Shown here one piece after another: positions 50,752 through 60,396 of a stretch of 64,000 bases of DNA. The position numbers and the translations under genes are program-made. The notes under the pieces were generated by a model. That model saw nothing but the letters and a program-made list of their open reading frames with translations, ran no database searches and was not told where the DNA came from. This DNA comes from an uncultured cyanobacterium (GTDB lineage Bacteria; Cyanobacteriota; Vampirovibrionia; Vampirovibrionales; JAGQHJ01). The stretch covers positions 1,240 through 65,239 of the forward strand of contig CALAJO010000037.1 in NCBI GenBank assembly GCA_937922745.1. The letters run 5' to 3'. Within the stretch, counting starts at the first letter, position 1, and every line of letters starts with the position of its first letter.

Positions 50752-52554
50752 TTACTTCTTGCTCAGGCCGGATTTTTTCTGTTTGGATTGCGACTTGCTT
50801 ATGTCGCTCTCCATTTGAGCCAATCGAGTCGCAATCTCGGTAGATGGATCGAGTTCAGAAGCAAGTTTCAGGTGTTTTTGGGCCTGGCTCCATACCTGCT
50901 GATTAAAATAGGCCTGCGCCATTTCAATCTGTATCGCCGCAGACAAAGGATCGAAATGCTGCGCTTGATCCAAGACTTTAAGTGCCTTATCGCCCATTTT
51001 AACGGCATTAAAGGTTTTGGCCTGGCTGACAAGGCTTTGTGCCCTGGATTGATCGCTTTGCGCCCATTGCAGCATCTCGTTCTGGAAGGCGCCAACATCC
51101 TCGTTAAGAGAAAGCTGCTTGGCCCAAGGCCAGGCCCCGATCAGCATAAAGCGCTGCAATTGCTGCTCCAGCGATTTTGGGGCGTCGAATTGGCTCGTCA
51201 TATTCTGGGCGTTTACCGGTTGATGAAGCAGGATGTAAGCTTCGGCCTTCAGATAGGCGTTGCTTTGCTGCTTGGCAAACTGCTCCAAAGCCATAAGCAA
51301 ACCCGGCGACCATTCGCCCGTGCGAATAACCTGGAGCTGCATATCACTCAGCTCAAGCACCGGCGATAACCCTTTTTCCTGGCGCTTGCGGATCCATCCT
51401 TCAAGCTCGTCCAGCGAGGACGACATGGGACGAGCGCCTTCCATCCATTGCCGAAAGCGAATCGAAACCATCAGGGTCAACAGGTCTTCCCGATCCGGGG
51501 CAATCAGGAATGCCTTGCGGTAGAGCGGCAGGGCCTCGTTCAGCTTCCGGCTCCAAAAGGCATTGGTTGCCTGCTGGATAAAGGTTTGAAGCATGCCGGG
51601 GTTGGCCTGATACGCTTTTTGATAGGCCAGCATAGCCTCTTTTTCCCGGTTCAGGCTATCCAAGATTTGGGCATATTTAATCCAGTTTTCGGTTCGCTTG
51701 GGCCACAGCGTCACCAGTTTTTTGTAGCTTTCGGCCGCCTTTTCGGTTTTTCCGGTTTGTTGCTGGGCCTGCGCTATCAGCATCAATCGCCGGTAGCGTG
51801 GCTTGGGATCCAGGGCCTGGGATTTTTCAAGCGCATTCAGCCCGCGGGCCGGATCGCCTTTTTGGCTGAAAAAACGGCCCATCAGGAAGAGGGTGTCCAC
51901 GTCGTTAGGTTGCAGCTCCAGCGTGTGCGCCAGCAGGTTGGAGGTTTCAGGGATCATGTCCCGGTCAAGGTACACATCCAACAGGGCGTGATGGGTTCGG
52001 ATAAAGTTAGCGTCTAGCGCATGGGATCGAAGCAAGTGGTTTTCAGCCAGCTCAAGCTCTCCTTGTAAGTAGGCGCGCATCCCCTTTAGATAATAGGTAC
52101 CCGCATGGTTTGGATCTGCGGCCTCTGCTTTGCTAATGAGTTGGCTTAGCTTGGGCAACGCTTTACCAAGCTCGGTTTTATCCCGTGTAACGGGTAGGCC
52201 CAGGAGCAAATCGGCCTGCATTATCAGGATGTCGTAATGGTTTGGGAACTGTTTGCCCGCCCTGCCGAAGATAGCATTGGCTTCGTTTGGTTTATTGAGT
52301 AGAAGATACTGTTGCAGCAATTCCTGGTAATATCCAAGCTGGCTCGTATCGGCTTTTAATTTGGCTTGCAGCAGGGAAACAATCTCTTCCGGTTTCAGCC
52401 CATCGGTGGAAAGCATCATGGTGGCTTCATTCGCATAGGATGAAGCACACCAAACCGCATCAACACTGGCCTGGGATATCATCAATGCAAAAATTGAAAA
52501 CCAGTAATTGATTATTTTGTTTTTTTGTCTTTTCATACTGGTAGTTCCACTCAT
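50752..52554 (-). CDS. TPR-repeat protein with N-terminal signal peptide (secreted or lipoprotein)
   Basis: MKRQKNKIINYWFSIFALMISQASVDA signal; more than 10 TPR repeats; start at 52554 or 52536. Confidence 0.7.
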   Translation of the reverse strand: MSGTTSMKRQKNKIINYWFSIFALMISQASVDAVWCASSYANEATMMLSTDGLKPEEIVSLLQAKLKADTSQLGYYQELLQQYLLLNKPNEANAIFGRAGKQFPNHYDILIMQADLLLGLPVTRDKTELGKALPKLSQLISKAEAADPNHAGTYYLKGMRAYLQGELELAENHLLRSHALDANFIRTHHALLDVYLDRDMIPETSNLLAHTLELQPNDVDTLFLMGRFFSQKGDPARGLNALEKSQALDPKPRYRRLMLIAQAQQQTGKTEKAAESYKKLVTLWPKRTENWIKYAQILDSLNREKEAMLAYQKAYQANPGMLQTFIQQATNAFWSRKLNEALPLYRKAFLIAPDREDLLTLMVSIRFRQWMEGARPMSSSLDELEGWIRKRQEKGLSPVLELSDMQLQVIRTGEWSPGLLMALEQFAKQQSNAYLKAEAYILLHQPVNAQNMTSQFDAPKSLEQQLQRFMLIGAWPWAKQLSLNEDVGAFQNEMLQWAQSDQSRAQSLVSQAKTFNAVKMGDKALKVLDQAQHFDPLSAAIQIEMAQAYFNQQVWSQAQKHLKLASELDPSTEIATRLAQMESDISKSQSKQKKSGLSKK

Positions 52555-52620
52555 GGACTGTTGGTATAATACCGTCAGGTTTGATACCGAATCATCGTAT
52601 AACGACGGGAACTTGCATAA

Positions 52621-52980
52621 ATGTATACACAAGGCTTTGGTGTACTGTTAATTCTTTTTCTCTGTTCCATTATCTTTGCGCTAAGCACTATTTTGATTTC
52701 CTGGATTGTGAATCCCAAGGCACCCAACCCGCTTAAAAACACGCCGTACGAGTCGGGGATGAACCCCTTTGGCGAAGCGCACATCAAGTTTGACGTTAAG
52801 TTCTACCTGTACGCATTGCTCTTTATCCTCTTCGATATCGAGGCCATGTTCCTGTTTCCGTGGGCCGCTTCCTTCGTGAACCTGGGGCTTCTGGGCTTGT
52901 TTGAAATGTTTATCTTTATTGCTATACTTTTTCTAGGGCTGGTTTACGCTTGGCGGCGTAAAGCTCTGGACTGGCAGTAA
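52621..52980 (+). CDS. nuoA: NADH-quinone oxidoreductase subunit A
   Basis: 119 aa, 3 TM, conserved NuoA/ND3 loop PYESG. Confidence 0.9.
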   Translation: MYTQGFGVLLILFLCSIIFALSTILISWIVNPKAPNPLKNTPYESGMNPFGEAHIKFDVKFYLYALLFILFDIEAMFLFPWAASFVNLGLLGLFEMFIFIAILFLGLVYAWRRKALDWQ

Positions 52981-53001
52981 GTCTTTTGGAGGCGCTTTTT
53001 T

Positions 53002-53709
53002 ATGGCGATTAAGTTACCAGATTTAGGAGAACTGCTAGAAAGTAGCGGTATTATTCTTTCAAGTCTCGACAAGTTGTACAACTGGGCCCGCTCGAACTCT
53101 GTATGGCCGATGACCTTTGCCACATCCTGCTGTGGTATCGAGATGATGTCGACCAGTGTGTCCAACTTCGATATTTCCCGTTTCGGTTCGGAAGTATTCC
53201 GCGCAACCCCCCGTCAATCCGACGTGATTATTACCGCGGGCACCATTACGCATAAAATGGCCCCGGCGCTGGTTCGTCTGTACGAACAGATGCCTGAGCC
53301 CAAGTATGTTATTGCGATGGGCGCTTGCACGGTCACCGGCGGTATGTACGAGAACGATTCCTACTCCGTTGTCCGCGGCGTAGATCGGTTGATTCCGGTT
53401 GATGTTTATCTGCCGGGCTGCCCGCCTCGTCCGGAAGCGTTGATTGATGCGCTGGTTCAGTTGCAAAAGAAAATCCGCAAGGAGTCCCTGAAGGATAGAC
53501 GCGCACGTGCGGCGGAGCATCGCACGCGGGTGAAGCTGGGGCCTGGGGAAGTTCTGTTGCCGAACGAGGAGGAATTCCCAGAATTTGTCCGTTGGGGTGT
53601 CCAGACCGAAGCATATGAACTGGACGACTTGGAATTGGTCAGAGGTAACATAAGATACAGACATGAGCAGCGAGAACGAGATCGACAAGCCGCAGGAGCA
53701 GCAGTCTGA
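53002..53709 (+). CDS. nuoB: NADH-quinone oxidoreductase subunit B (with about 60-aa C-terminal extension)
   Basis: [26 protein letters not shown] Fe-S N2 motifs; ORF continues well past the usual NuoB end. Confidence 0.9.
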   Translation: MAIKLPDLGELLESSGIILSSLDKLYNWARSNSVWPMTFATSCCGIEMMSTSVSNFDISRFGSEVFRATPRQSDVIITAGTITHKMAPALVRLYEQMPEPKYVIAMGACTVTGGMYENDSYSVVRGVDRLIPVDVYLPGCPPRPEALIDALVQLQKKIRKESLKDRRARAAEHRTRVKLGPGEVLLPNEEEFPEFVRWGVQTEAYELDDLELVRGNIRYRHEQRERDRQAAGAAV

Positions 53710-54451
53710 GACTGTTACTCCCGAGCCTAAGGCTGAAGAACAACAACCCATCGAGCCTAAAGAAGTAAAAGAGCCCGTCTCTGCCGAGGCGGGCGAAGCC
53801 CCTGAAGAGGCGGTTGCTGAAAAACCGGCAAAACCGGCTAGAAAAGCTGTAACGCCGAAAGCCTCCGCAGAAGAAGGCGCTGCCGCCGAGCCATCTGCCG
53901 ATGGTGAAGCCAAGCCCAAGGCAAAACCCGCCGCCGCAGCTGCCAAAGCTGCCCCAGCGAAAAAGGAAGAGGTTCCACCGCCGCCACCGGAGCCGGGTCG
54001 ATATGCGCAGTTGTTAATGGCAAATGGCTTCAAGCCTGTTCCGCTGGGCAATGACGCCGGCGGCATCGAAATGATCGAACTGAATCCCTCGGAGCTGCGC
54101 GAAGCTTGTCAATTCCTTCGGGATAGCGATGCGTCGCGCTTTGACTTGCTGGTTTCGATTGCCGGTGTCGACTGGAAGACGAGTCTCCAGGCTGTTTACC
54201 ATTTATATTCTACCGCGACTTACCAGAAGTTGGCGATTAAAGCCACCGCTGTGGATGATAAGCTGCCTTCAGTGGAGTCCGTCTGGATTACCGCCGACTG
54301 GCACGAGCGTGAAACCTACGACCTGTTTGGCATTATCTTCGAAGGGCATCATAAACTGGAGCGAATCCTGATGCCTGCGGACTGGATTGGTCATCCGATG
54401 CGCAAAGACTACAAAGTGGAAGACCCAAGATTAGTTTGGAACGAACGGTAA
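53663..54451 (+). CDS. nuoC: NADH-quinone oxidoreductase subunit C (with about 110-aa Ala/Lys/Pro/Glu-rich N-terminal extension)
   Basis: Core NuoC (30 kDa subunit) motifs ERE.YD.FGI.F.GHP; low-complexity N-terminus. Confidence 0.88.
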   Translation: MSSENEIDKPQEQQSETVTPEPKAEEQQPIEPKEVKEPVSAEAGEAPEEAVAEKPAKPARKAVTPKASAEEGAAAEPSADGEAKPKAKPAAAAAKAAPAKKEEVPPPPPEPGRYAQLLMANGFKPVPLGNDAGGIEMIELNPSELREACQFLRDSDASRFDLLVSIAGVDWKTSLQAVYHLYSTATYQKLAIKATAVDDKLPSVESVWITADWHERETYDLFGIIFEGHHKLERILMPADWIGHPMRKDYKVEDPRLVWNER

Positions 54452-54458
54452 AGCTATT

Positions 54459-55679
54459 ATGAGTACGACAGCGAACTTTCCAACAACCAGCCAGGGGGTT
54501 TTCCTGGAAAAAGACATCGATACCAACGATATGGTCGTCAATATCGGGCCTCAGCATCCCAGTACCCACGGTGTATTGCGGTTAATTACCACGCTGGATG
54601 GTGAATTGGTCAAAGAAATCGAGCCGGTGATTGGCTATCTGCATCGAAGCAAGGAAAAAATGGCCGAAAGCCGTTCTCTTTTTCAATACCAGCCCACGAT
54701 TGACCGGGTTGAATATCTCTCCTCCTTCTTCGATCATTATGCGTTTGTGGCGGCGCTGGAAAAGATTGCCGATCTGCACGTTCCCAAGCGGGTTCAGTAT
54801 ATCCGGATGATCACAATGGAGTTGAACCGGATTACCTCCCACCTTTTGTGGTTTGGCACCTACCTTCTGGATTTGGGCGCCACCAGCCCGATGTTCTATG
54901 CATTCCGCGAGCGGGAAAAGATTCTCTCCTTGTTTGAAGACTTGACCGGCGCGCGGATGATGTACAACTACTATCGCTTTGGCGGTGTGGTTGCCGACAT
55001 GCCCGAGGGTTGGCTGGATAAGGTTCGTGCTTTCCTGGATGAAGCTCCCAAGCGCTTTGACGAGTACGAAGCCATTGTCTCGAAAAACCCAATCTTCCTG
55101 GATCGCACCATGGGTATCGGGATTATTCAGCCTGAAGTGGCCATTCAGTACGGTGTAACCGGCCCCACGTTACGCGCCTCCGGGGTTAACCTGGATCAGC
55201 GGAAAGCCAACCCCTACTGCTGTTACGATGAAGTGGAATTTGATGTTCCGCTGGGCACCAAGGGCGATTGCTATGATCGATTCGTGGTTCGGATGCAGGA
55301 AATGCGCGAGTCGCTGAAAATTATTCGCCAGGCCGTGGATAATATGCCCGGTGGCGATACGGCCGATCTGAACAAGCGCCGTGAGTCAGGCGATGAGACA
55401 GCGAATGATGTTGAATTGCAGACTTATGGAAAGAAAATCAACCTGATTACCTATAAGCCGCCCAAAGGGGAGGCGATGGTGACGGTGGAATCCCCGCGTG
55501 GTTTCCTGGGTTGCTATATGATTACCGACGGGACGCCCAAGGCGTATCGCATTAAGTGGCGTGGCGCCTCATTCTCCAACCTTAGCATCCTTCCTGAATT
55601 GATGCGGGGCCGCCTGTTCCCGGACTTGATGTCCATATTCGGGAGTATTGATGTCATTCTGCCGGAGGTCGATCGATAA
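54459..55679 (+). CDS. nuoD: NADH-quinone oxidoreductase subunit D
   Basis: NIGPQHPSTHGVLRL, 49-kDa subunit signature; 406 aa. Confidence 0.95.
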   Translation: MSTTANFPTTSQGVFLEKDIDTNDMVVNIGPQHPSTHGVLRLITTLDGELVKEIEPVIGYLHRSKEKMAESRSLFQYQPTIDRVEYLSSFFDHYAFVAALEKIADLHVPKRVQYIRMITMELNRITSHLLWFGTYLLDLGATSPMFYAFREREKILSLFEDLTGARMMYNYYRFGGVVADMPEGWLDKVRAFLDEAPKRFDEYEAIVSKNPIFLDRTMGIGIIQPEVAIQYGVTGPTLRASGVNLDQRKANPYCCYDEVEFDVPLGTKGDCYDRFVVRMQEMRESLKIIRQAVDNMPGGDTADLNKRRESGDETANDVELQTYGKKINLITYKPPKGEAMVTVESPRGFLGCYMITDGTPKAYRIKWRGASFSNLSILPELMRGRLFPDLMSIFGSIDVILPEVDR

Positions 55680-56933
55680 ATGGAAAATATCATCTCGAAC
55701 CTGTTTAAAATGATTGGCCTTCCGACTGAGGTGGCATACATCCTGGCTTTCTTTGCAGCAGCAGGGTTGCTTTTCTTTGTGCTTTCGCTGGTCGGACAGG
55801 TTGCCGTTGTCTTTATGGTATTGATGGAGCGCAAGATCCTGGCCTGGATTACGCAGCGTAAAGGCCCGAACCGTGTTGGCCCCTGGGGGTTGTTGCAAAC
55901 AGTCGCCGATGGCGTCAAGCTCCTCTTTAAAGAAGACATTATGATGCCGCATCAGGATAAACTACTCTTTACCCTGGCGCCGGTGCTTTTCTTTGCGCCC
56001 ACTTTCGTTATCTATGCGCTGATTCCTTTTACGGATCAGCTGCTTGGGATTAATCTGGGATTGGGACTGCTATTTGTCTTCGCTCTCTCCTCCCTTGGTG
56101 TGGTAGGCATGGTGCTTGCCGGCTGGGGGAGTAACAACAAATACTCTCTGCTGGGTGGGATGCGTAGTGCGTCGCAGGCCATCAGCTACGAGATTCCCTT
56201 GGTGTTATCGGCTTTAGCGGTGGCGCTGGCAGCCGGCTCGCTCAACATCCGGGAAATCGTTGAAACCCAGAATGCCGGCGGCTTCGGGTTATTTTCCTGG
56301 TATGCCATCAGCTTGCTTCCGTTAACCTTTGTGATTTTCTGGATTTCCTCGATTGCGGAAGTTAACCGGATCCCCTTTGACTTGCCGGAAGCGGAAAGCG
56401 AATTGGTCAGCGGTTATAACACCGAGTATAGCGGCATGAAATTCGCCCTCTTCTTCCTGGCCGAGTACGCAAGTCTGTTCGGGATGAGCGCTTTGATGGC
56501 CGTCCTGTTTTTCGGTGGGTATTACTCGCCGTTTGGCGGGCTCATTACCCAGAACCTGGGCATAGATATCCCGGTGGTTCATCAGTTGGAGATGGCGACC
56601 TGGATCATCACCAAGACGTATATCTTTATCGCCTTGGCCATGTTGATTCGTGGGACGCTGCCGCGTCTGAAGCCTGATCAGTTGATGGGTTTCAGTTGGA
56701 AGTTCCTGATTCCCTTGTCTTTAGTAAACCTGTTTATGGTTGCCATCCTGAAGATGGCCTGGTTACAAGAAAACATTCCAACCATTCCGTTGTTTGGCCG
56801 CGAAATCAGCGTGTGTTACCTCGGTACGTATGCAGCGCTCTTCCTGCTGCTAATCGCAACGCTGGCGGGCTTTGGCTCCATCTTTAAGCGGAAGGTTGTC
56901 CCTCACATCCAATTGCAACAGAGGACTGTTTAG
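55680..56933 (+). CDS. nuoH: NADH-quinone oxidoreductase subunit H
   Basis: ERKILAWITQRKGPNRVGPWGLLQ, GW.SNNKYSLLG motifs; 417 aa with extra N-terminal TM. Confidence 0.93.
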   Translation: MENIISNLFKMIGLPTEVAYILAFFAAAGLLFFVLSLVGQVAVVFMVLMERKILAWITQRKGPNRVGPWGLLQTVADGVKLLFKEDIMMPHQDKLLFTLAPVLFFAPTFVIYALIPFTDQLLGINLGLGLLFVFALSSLGVVGMVLAGWGSNNKYSLLGGMRSASQAISYEIPLVLSALAVALAAGSLNIREIVETQNAGGFGLFSWYAISLLPLTFVIFWISSIAEVNRIPFDLPEAESELVSGYNTEYSGMKFALFFLAEYASLFGMSALMAVLFFGGYYSPFGGLITQNLGIDIPVVHQLEMATWIITKTYIFIALAMLIRGTLPRLKPDQLMGFSWKFLIPLSLVNLFMVAILKMAWLQENIPTIPLFGREISVCYLGTYAALFLLLIATLAGFGSIFKRKVVPHIQLQQRTV

Positions 56934-56935
56934 TC

Positions 56936-57415
56936 ATGACTGATAATAAAGTTCTGAGTGGTATCGTTGAAATTGGCCGCGGTATGGCCACGGTGGGCAA
57001 GCACCTGTTCCGCCCGCCGGTTACACTGGAATATCCCGAGGTGATGCCGGAGCTGAGCAAGCGCTTCCACGGCCGCTTATGCCTTCTTACCAAATCCAGC
57101 GGCGAGGATCTGTGTATCGGTTGCCAGGCTTGCGCCCGCGTTTGCCCTTGCGGCGACCTGATTCAGATTGAGATGCATCGGGATGACAAAAAGCAGCCCG
57201 TAATTGATCGCTTTACCATTGATATTGGTCGTTGTATCTTTTGTGGTAACTGTACGGAAGTTTGTCCGGTTGACTGTATCAAGATGCTCAATGATTTTGA
57301 GTTGGCCGACTACAGCCGTGAAGCCCTCGTACTGGACAAATCCGGACTCAGCTTGAGTGGCGAGGAATCTGACAAGTATCGGAAAGAGCATGGATTGGAG
57401 CCGCACGTAGAATAA
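56936..57415 (+). CDS. nuoI: NADH-quinone oxidoreductase subunit I (2x[4Fe-4S])
   Basis: CIGCQACARVCP and CIFCGNCTEVCP ferredoxin motifs. Confidence 0.93.
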   Translation: MTDNKVLSGIVEIGRGMATVGKHLFRPPVTLEYPEVMPELSKRFHGRLCLLTKSSGEDLCIGCQACARVCPCGDLIQIEMHRDDKKQPVIDRFTIDIGRCIFCGNCTEVCPVDCIKMLNDFELADYSREALVLDKSGLSLSGEESDKYRKEHGLEPHVE

Positions 57416-58140
57416 TGGACGAAACAACTTTTGCAGGTCTTTACCAATTCGGTTTCTGGGTTTTTGCAGCAACCATGGTTGCTGGCGCCCTGGGTGTCGT
57501 CTTCCATCGAAGCATTGTCTACAGTGCCTTGATGTTGCTGATCACCTTCCTCTCGATTGCGGCGGTATTTGTCTTGCTGAACGCCCCGTTTATTGCTGCT
57601 GCGCAAGTTCTGGTCTATGCGGTCGGCCTGACGATCGTGTTGATCTTCGGGATTATGCTTACCGGCGACAAGCCCTTTGTGGATCCGGTAGGGCAGGAAC
57701 GTCCGAATCGCTTTTGGTTGATGCCGGCTGTGGCGTCGACCATTTTTTTAGGTTTCCTGATTTGGGCTCTTCTTTATCCTACGATGGGCTTTAGCGGCAT
57801 CAACGGGATTTTTGTCTCGCTGATGGATCCGGCGACGAATCCTGCCACCTTGCCGTCTGTGCAAGCCATTTCTACGGATGGCGGCATTACGGTGATTGGT
57901 CAATTGCTCTTTTCCCGTTACCTCATTCCATTTGAAGTGGCCTCGATTTTGCTGCTCCTGGCGATGATGGGCGCCATTCTGCTGTCCAAGCGCACCTTCC
58001 CTGAAGAAGAGGGGGAAACGTTGGCGACAGTTGAAACGATTGAGCCGTATGCGCCTCAGGTTAATATAGAAGGCAATACACCCTCACTGTCGTCCTCTCA
58101 TTCGGAAGTGGAAGAAAAAGAGACTTTAGGAGTGCATTAA
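57415..58140 (+). CDS. nuoJ: NADH-quinone oxidoreductase subunit J
   Basis: Position between nuoI and nuoK; 5-TM ND6-like protein with an acidic C-terminal tail. Confidence 0.85.
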   Translation: MDETTFAGLYQFGFWVFAATMVAGALGVVFHRSIVYSALMLLITFLSIAAVFVLLNAPFIAAAQVLVYAVGLTIVLIFGIMLTGDKPFVDPVGQERPNRFWLMPAVASTIFLGFLIWALLYPTMGFSGINGIFVSLMDPATNPATLPSVQAISTDGGITVIGQLLFSRYLIPFEVASILLLLAMMGAILLSKRTFPEEEGETLATVETIEPYAPQVNIEGNTPSLSSSHSEVEEKETLGVH

Positions 58141-58145
58141 TAACC

Positions 58146-58460
58146 ATGTTTGAAGTGGGCTTATATCACTACATCACCCTGGCGGCTGTTTTGTTTTCAA
58201 TCGGCCTCTACGGTGTGCTTTCCAGCAGAAATGCCATTCGCGTGTTAATGTGCATCGAGTTGATGCTGAATGCCGTGAACATTAACCTGGTTGCGTTTAA
58301 CAATTTCATCAACATTGAAGACTTGGGCGGCCAGGTTTTCAGTATCTTCATCCTTACCGTATCCGCCGCGGAAGCTTCGGTTGGCCTGGCAATCCTGATT
58401 GCGCTTTACCGCAGCCGCAAATCGGTGGATATGGAACGTTTCAACCTGTTGAAGTGGTAA
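58146..58460 (+). CDS. nuoK: NADH-quinone oxidoreductase subunit K
   Basis: 104 aa, 3 TM, conserved E-containing helices (ND4L). Confidence 0.92.
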   Translation: MFEVGLYHYITLAAVLFSIGLYGVLSSRNAIRVLMCIELMLNAVNINLVAFNNFINIEDLGGQVFSIFILTVSAAEASVGLAILIALYRSRKSVDMERFNLLKW

Positions 58461-58476
58461 GAGTTTTAAGGAGACA

Positions 58477-60384
58477 ATGGTGTCGAACGCGGTTCAAGAC
58501 TTGGTTTGGTTAATCCCTGTTTATCCATTAATTGCTTTTCTCATCATTGTCCTGGGACGATGGACGGGGTTATTGAAGCCGATGTCCGGATCTCCCTTTG
58601 TGATTCTCGCCACTGCTCTGGGGTTGATTCATACCCTTCTTTTCCTGGGCAATTGGGGGCCCGCTTACACCGCAGTTGAACAGAACTGGACGTGGTTGCA
58701 GGCCGGTGCATTGCAGCTTCCCATTGGTTATTTCATTGATGGTACCGGCATGATGATGTTGCTGGTGGTCACATCCGTCAGCTTGTTGATTCAGATTTAC
58801 ACCCACGGCTATATGGGGCACGATCCTGGCTATAGTCGCTTTTACGCCTATCTGGCACTCTTTAACTTCTCGATGCTCTCCCTGGTTCTGAGTTCTAACC
58901 TCTTTCAAATGTATATCTTCTGGGAAATGGTGGGCGTGAGCAGCTATCTGTTGATCGGCTTCTGGTTTACCCGTCCTTCCGCCGCCGCGGCTGCGACCAA
59001 GGCGTTCCTGATGAACCGGGTGGGTGACTTCGGACTCTTAATTGGAATCTTAACCCTGCTCTATTTTTCCTGGACTTACTGGCAAGGGTTGGATCCGCAA
59101 CAACTGCTTTCTTTCTCCCAAATGGACGGCGCCGCGAGAACGGCATTAGCTGCTGCGGGCCCGGTCGCCTTTACCGTAATGGCCATCCTGATTTTTATGG
59201 GCCCAATGGCGAAAAGCGCGCAACTTCCCCTCCACACCTGGCTGCCTGATGCGATGGAAGGCCCGACGCCCATTAGTGCGTTGATTCACGCAGCGACTAT
59301 GGTTGCTGCCGGCGTGTTCCTGATAGCCCGGATGTACCCGGTGTTTACAATCTCCCCGAACGCCATGATGATTATTGCCTGGATTGGCGCGTTAACCGCC
59401 TTTGTTGCCGCCACGATCGCCTTAACTCAGGTTGACATCAAGAAAGCGCTTGCTTACTCGACCATGTCCCAACTCGGCTACATGGTTTTGGCGATGGGCC
59501 TGGGCGCTTATTCTGCAGGTTTGTTCCATTTGATGACCCACGCCTACTTCAAAGCGATGCTCTTCTTGTGTTCCGGTAGCGTGATTCATGGCTGCCACGA
59601 AGAGCAGGATATGCGAAAAATGGGTGGTTTGATGAAATACATGCCTATCACTGGCATCACCTACCTGATTGGGACGATTGCCATTACCGGCGTGCTGCCT
59701 TTTGCCGGATTCTGGTCGAAGGATGAGATTATCGCTTCTGCTGCCGAACAGCCGCTGCTGTTTATGATCGCCATTGCAACGGCTGCAATGACGGCCTTCT
59801 ATATGTTCCGTACCTACTTTATGACGTTCCATGGTACTTATCGCGGTCATGGTCACCCCCATGAATCCCCCAAGGTGATGACAATGCCGCTGGCCATTCT
59901 TGCGGTTCCGTCCGTTATATTGGGTTTTGCCCTGTCCGGCTTCTTCGGGCTGCCGGCCTTCTCCCAATATGTCAGCTTCGGCCACGCCCATCATCATGAT
60001 CCCAACCTGGGTGTTATGGGGCTTTCCATTCTGGTGGCGTTGGGTGGCTTCCTCGTGGCCTGGTTGATGTATGGTCAGGCCAAGGTGATTGATCCGGCGC
60101 GAATTGCCTCTGCCTTCAAGCCGGTGCATACCCTGTTATGGAACAAATGGTATTTTGATCAAGCTTACGGTTTCTTTGCGCGTAATATTTACCTGTCCTT
60201 TGCGTCTTTGTCTGCCTGGTTTGACCGGACCGTCATCGACGGTATTGTGGGCCTGACTGCGGGGACGGTCAACGCGAGCGGCGGCGCGATGCGCGCGCTG
60301 CAAAATGGCCGGGTTCAATCCTATCTGGTCATTTTCTTCATTGCTGTCGTTCTGCTGACAGTTGTCTTAATGTGGATGGTATAA
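58477..60384 (+). CDS. nuoL: NADH-quinone oxidoreductase subunit L
   Basis: 635 aa antiporter-like subunit with the long C-terminal amphipathic helix region. Confidence 0.93.
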   Translation: MVSNAVQDLVWLIPVYPLIAFLIIVLGRWTGLLKPMSGSPFVILATALGLIHTLLFLGNWGPAYTAVEQNWTWLQAGALQLPIGYFIDGTGMMMLLVVTSVSLLIQIYTHGYMGHDPGYSRFYAYLALFNFSMLSLVLSSNLFQMYIFWEMVGVSSYLLIGFWFTRPSAAAAATKAFLMNRVGDFGLLIGILTLLYFSWTYWQGLDPQQLLSFSQMDGAARTALAAAGPVAFTVMAILIFMGPMAKSAQLPLHTWLPDAMEGPTPISALIHAATMVAAGVFLIARMYPVFTISPNAMMIIAWIGALTAFVAATIALTQVDIKKALAYSTMSQLGYMVLAMGLGAYSAGLFHLMTHAYFKAMLFLCSGSVIHGCHEEQDMRKMGGLMKYMPITGITYLIGTIAITGVLPFAGFWSKDEIIASAAEQPLLFMIAIATAAMTAFYMFRTYFMTFHGTYRGHGHPHESPKVMTMPLAILAVPSVILGFALSGFFGLPAFSQYVSFGHAHHHDPNLGVMGLSILVALGGFLVAWLMYGQAKVIDPARIASAFKPVHTLLWNKWYFDQAYGFFARNIYLSFASLSAWFDRTVIDGIVGLTAGTVNASGGAMRALQNGRVQSYLVIFFIAVVLLTVVLMWMV

Positions 60385-60396
60385 GGAGTCTCATCG

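Noticed and set aside
50614-52017. + strand ORFs (251 aa, 189 aa) inside the TPR-protein gene
   Set aside because: Antisense to a gene with clear TPR periodicity and signal peptide
53059-54066. 335-aa minus-strand ORF across nuoB/nuoC
   Set aside because: Reverse-complement reading of the Ala/Lys-rich NuoC extension; artefact
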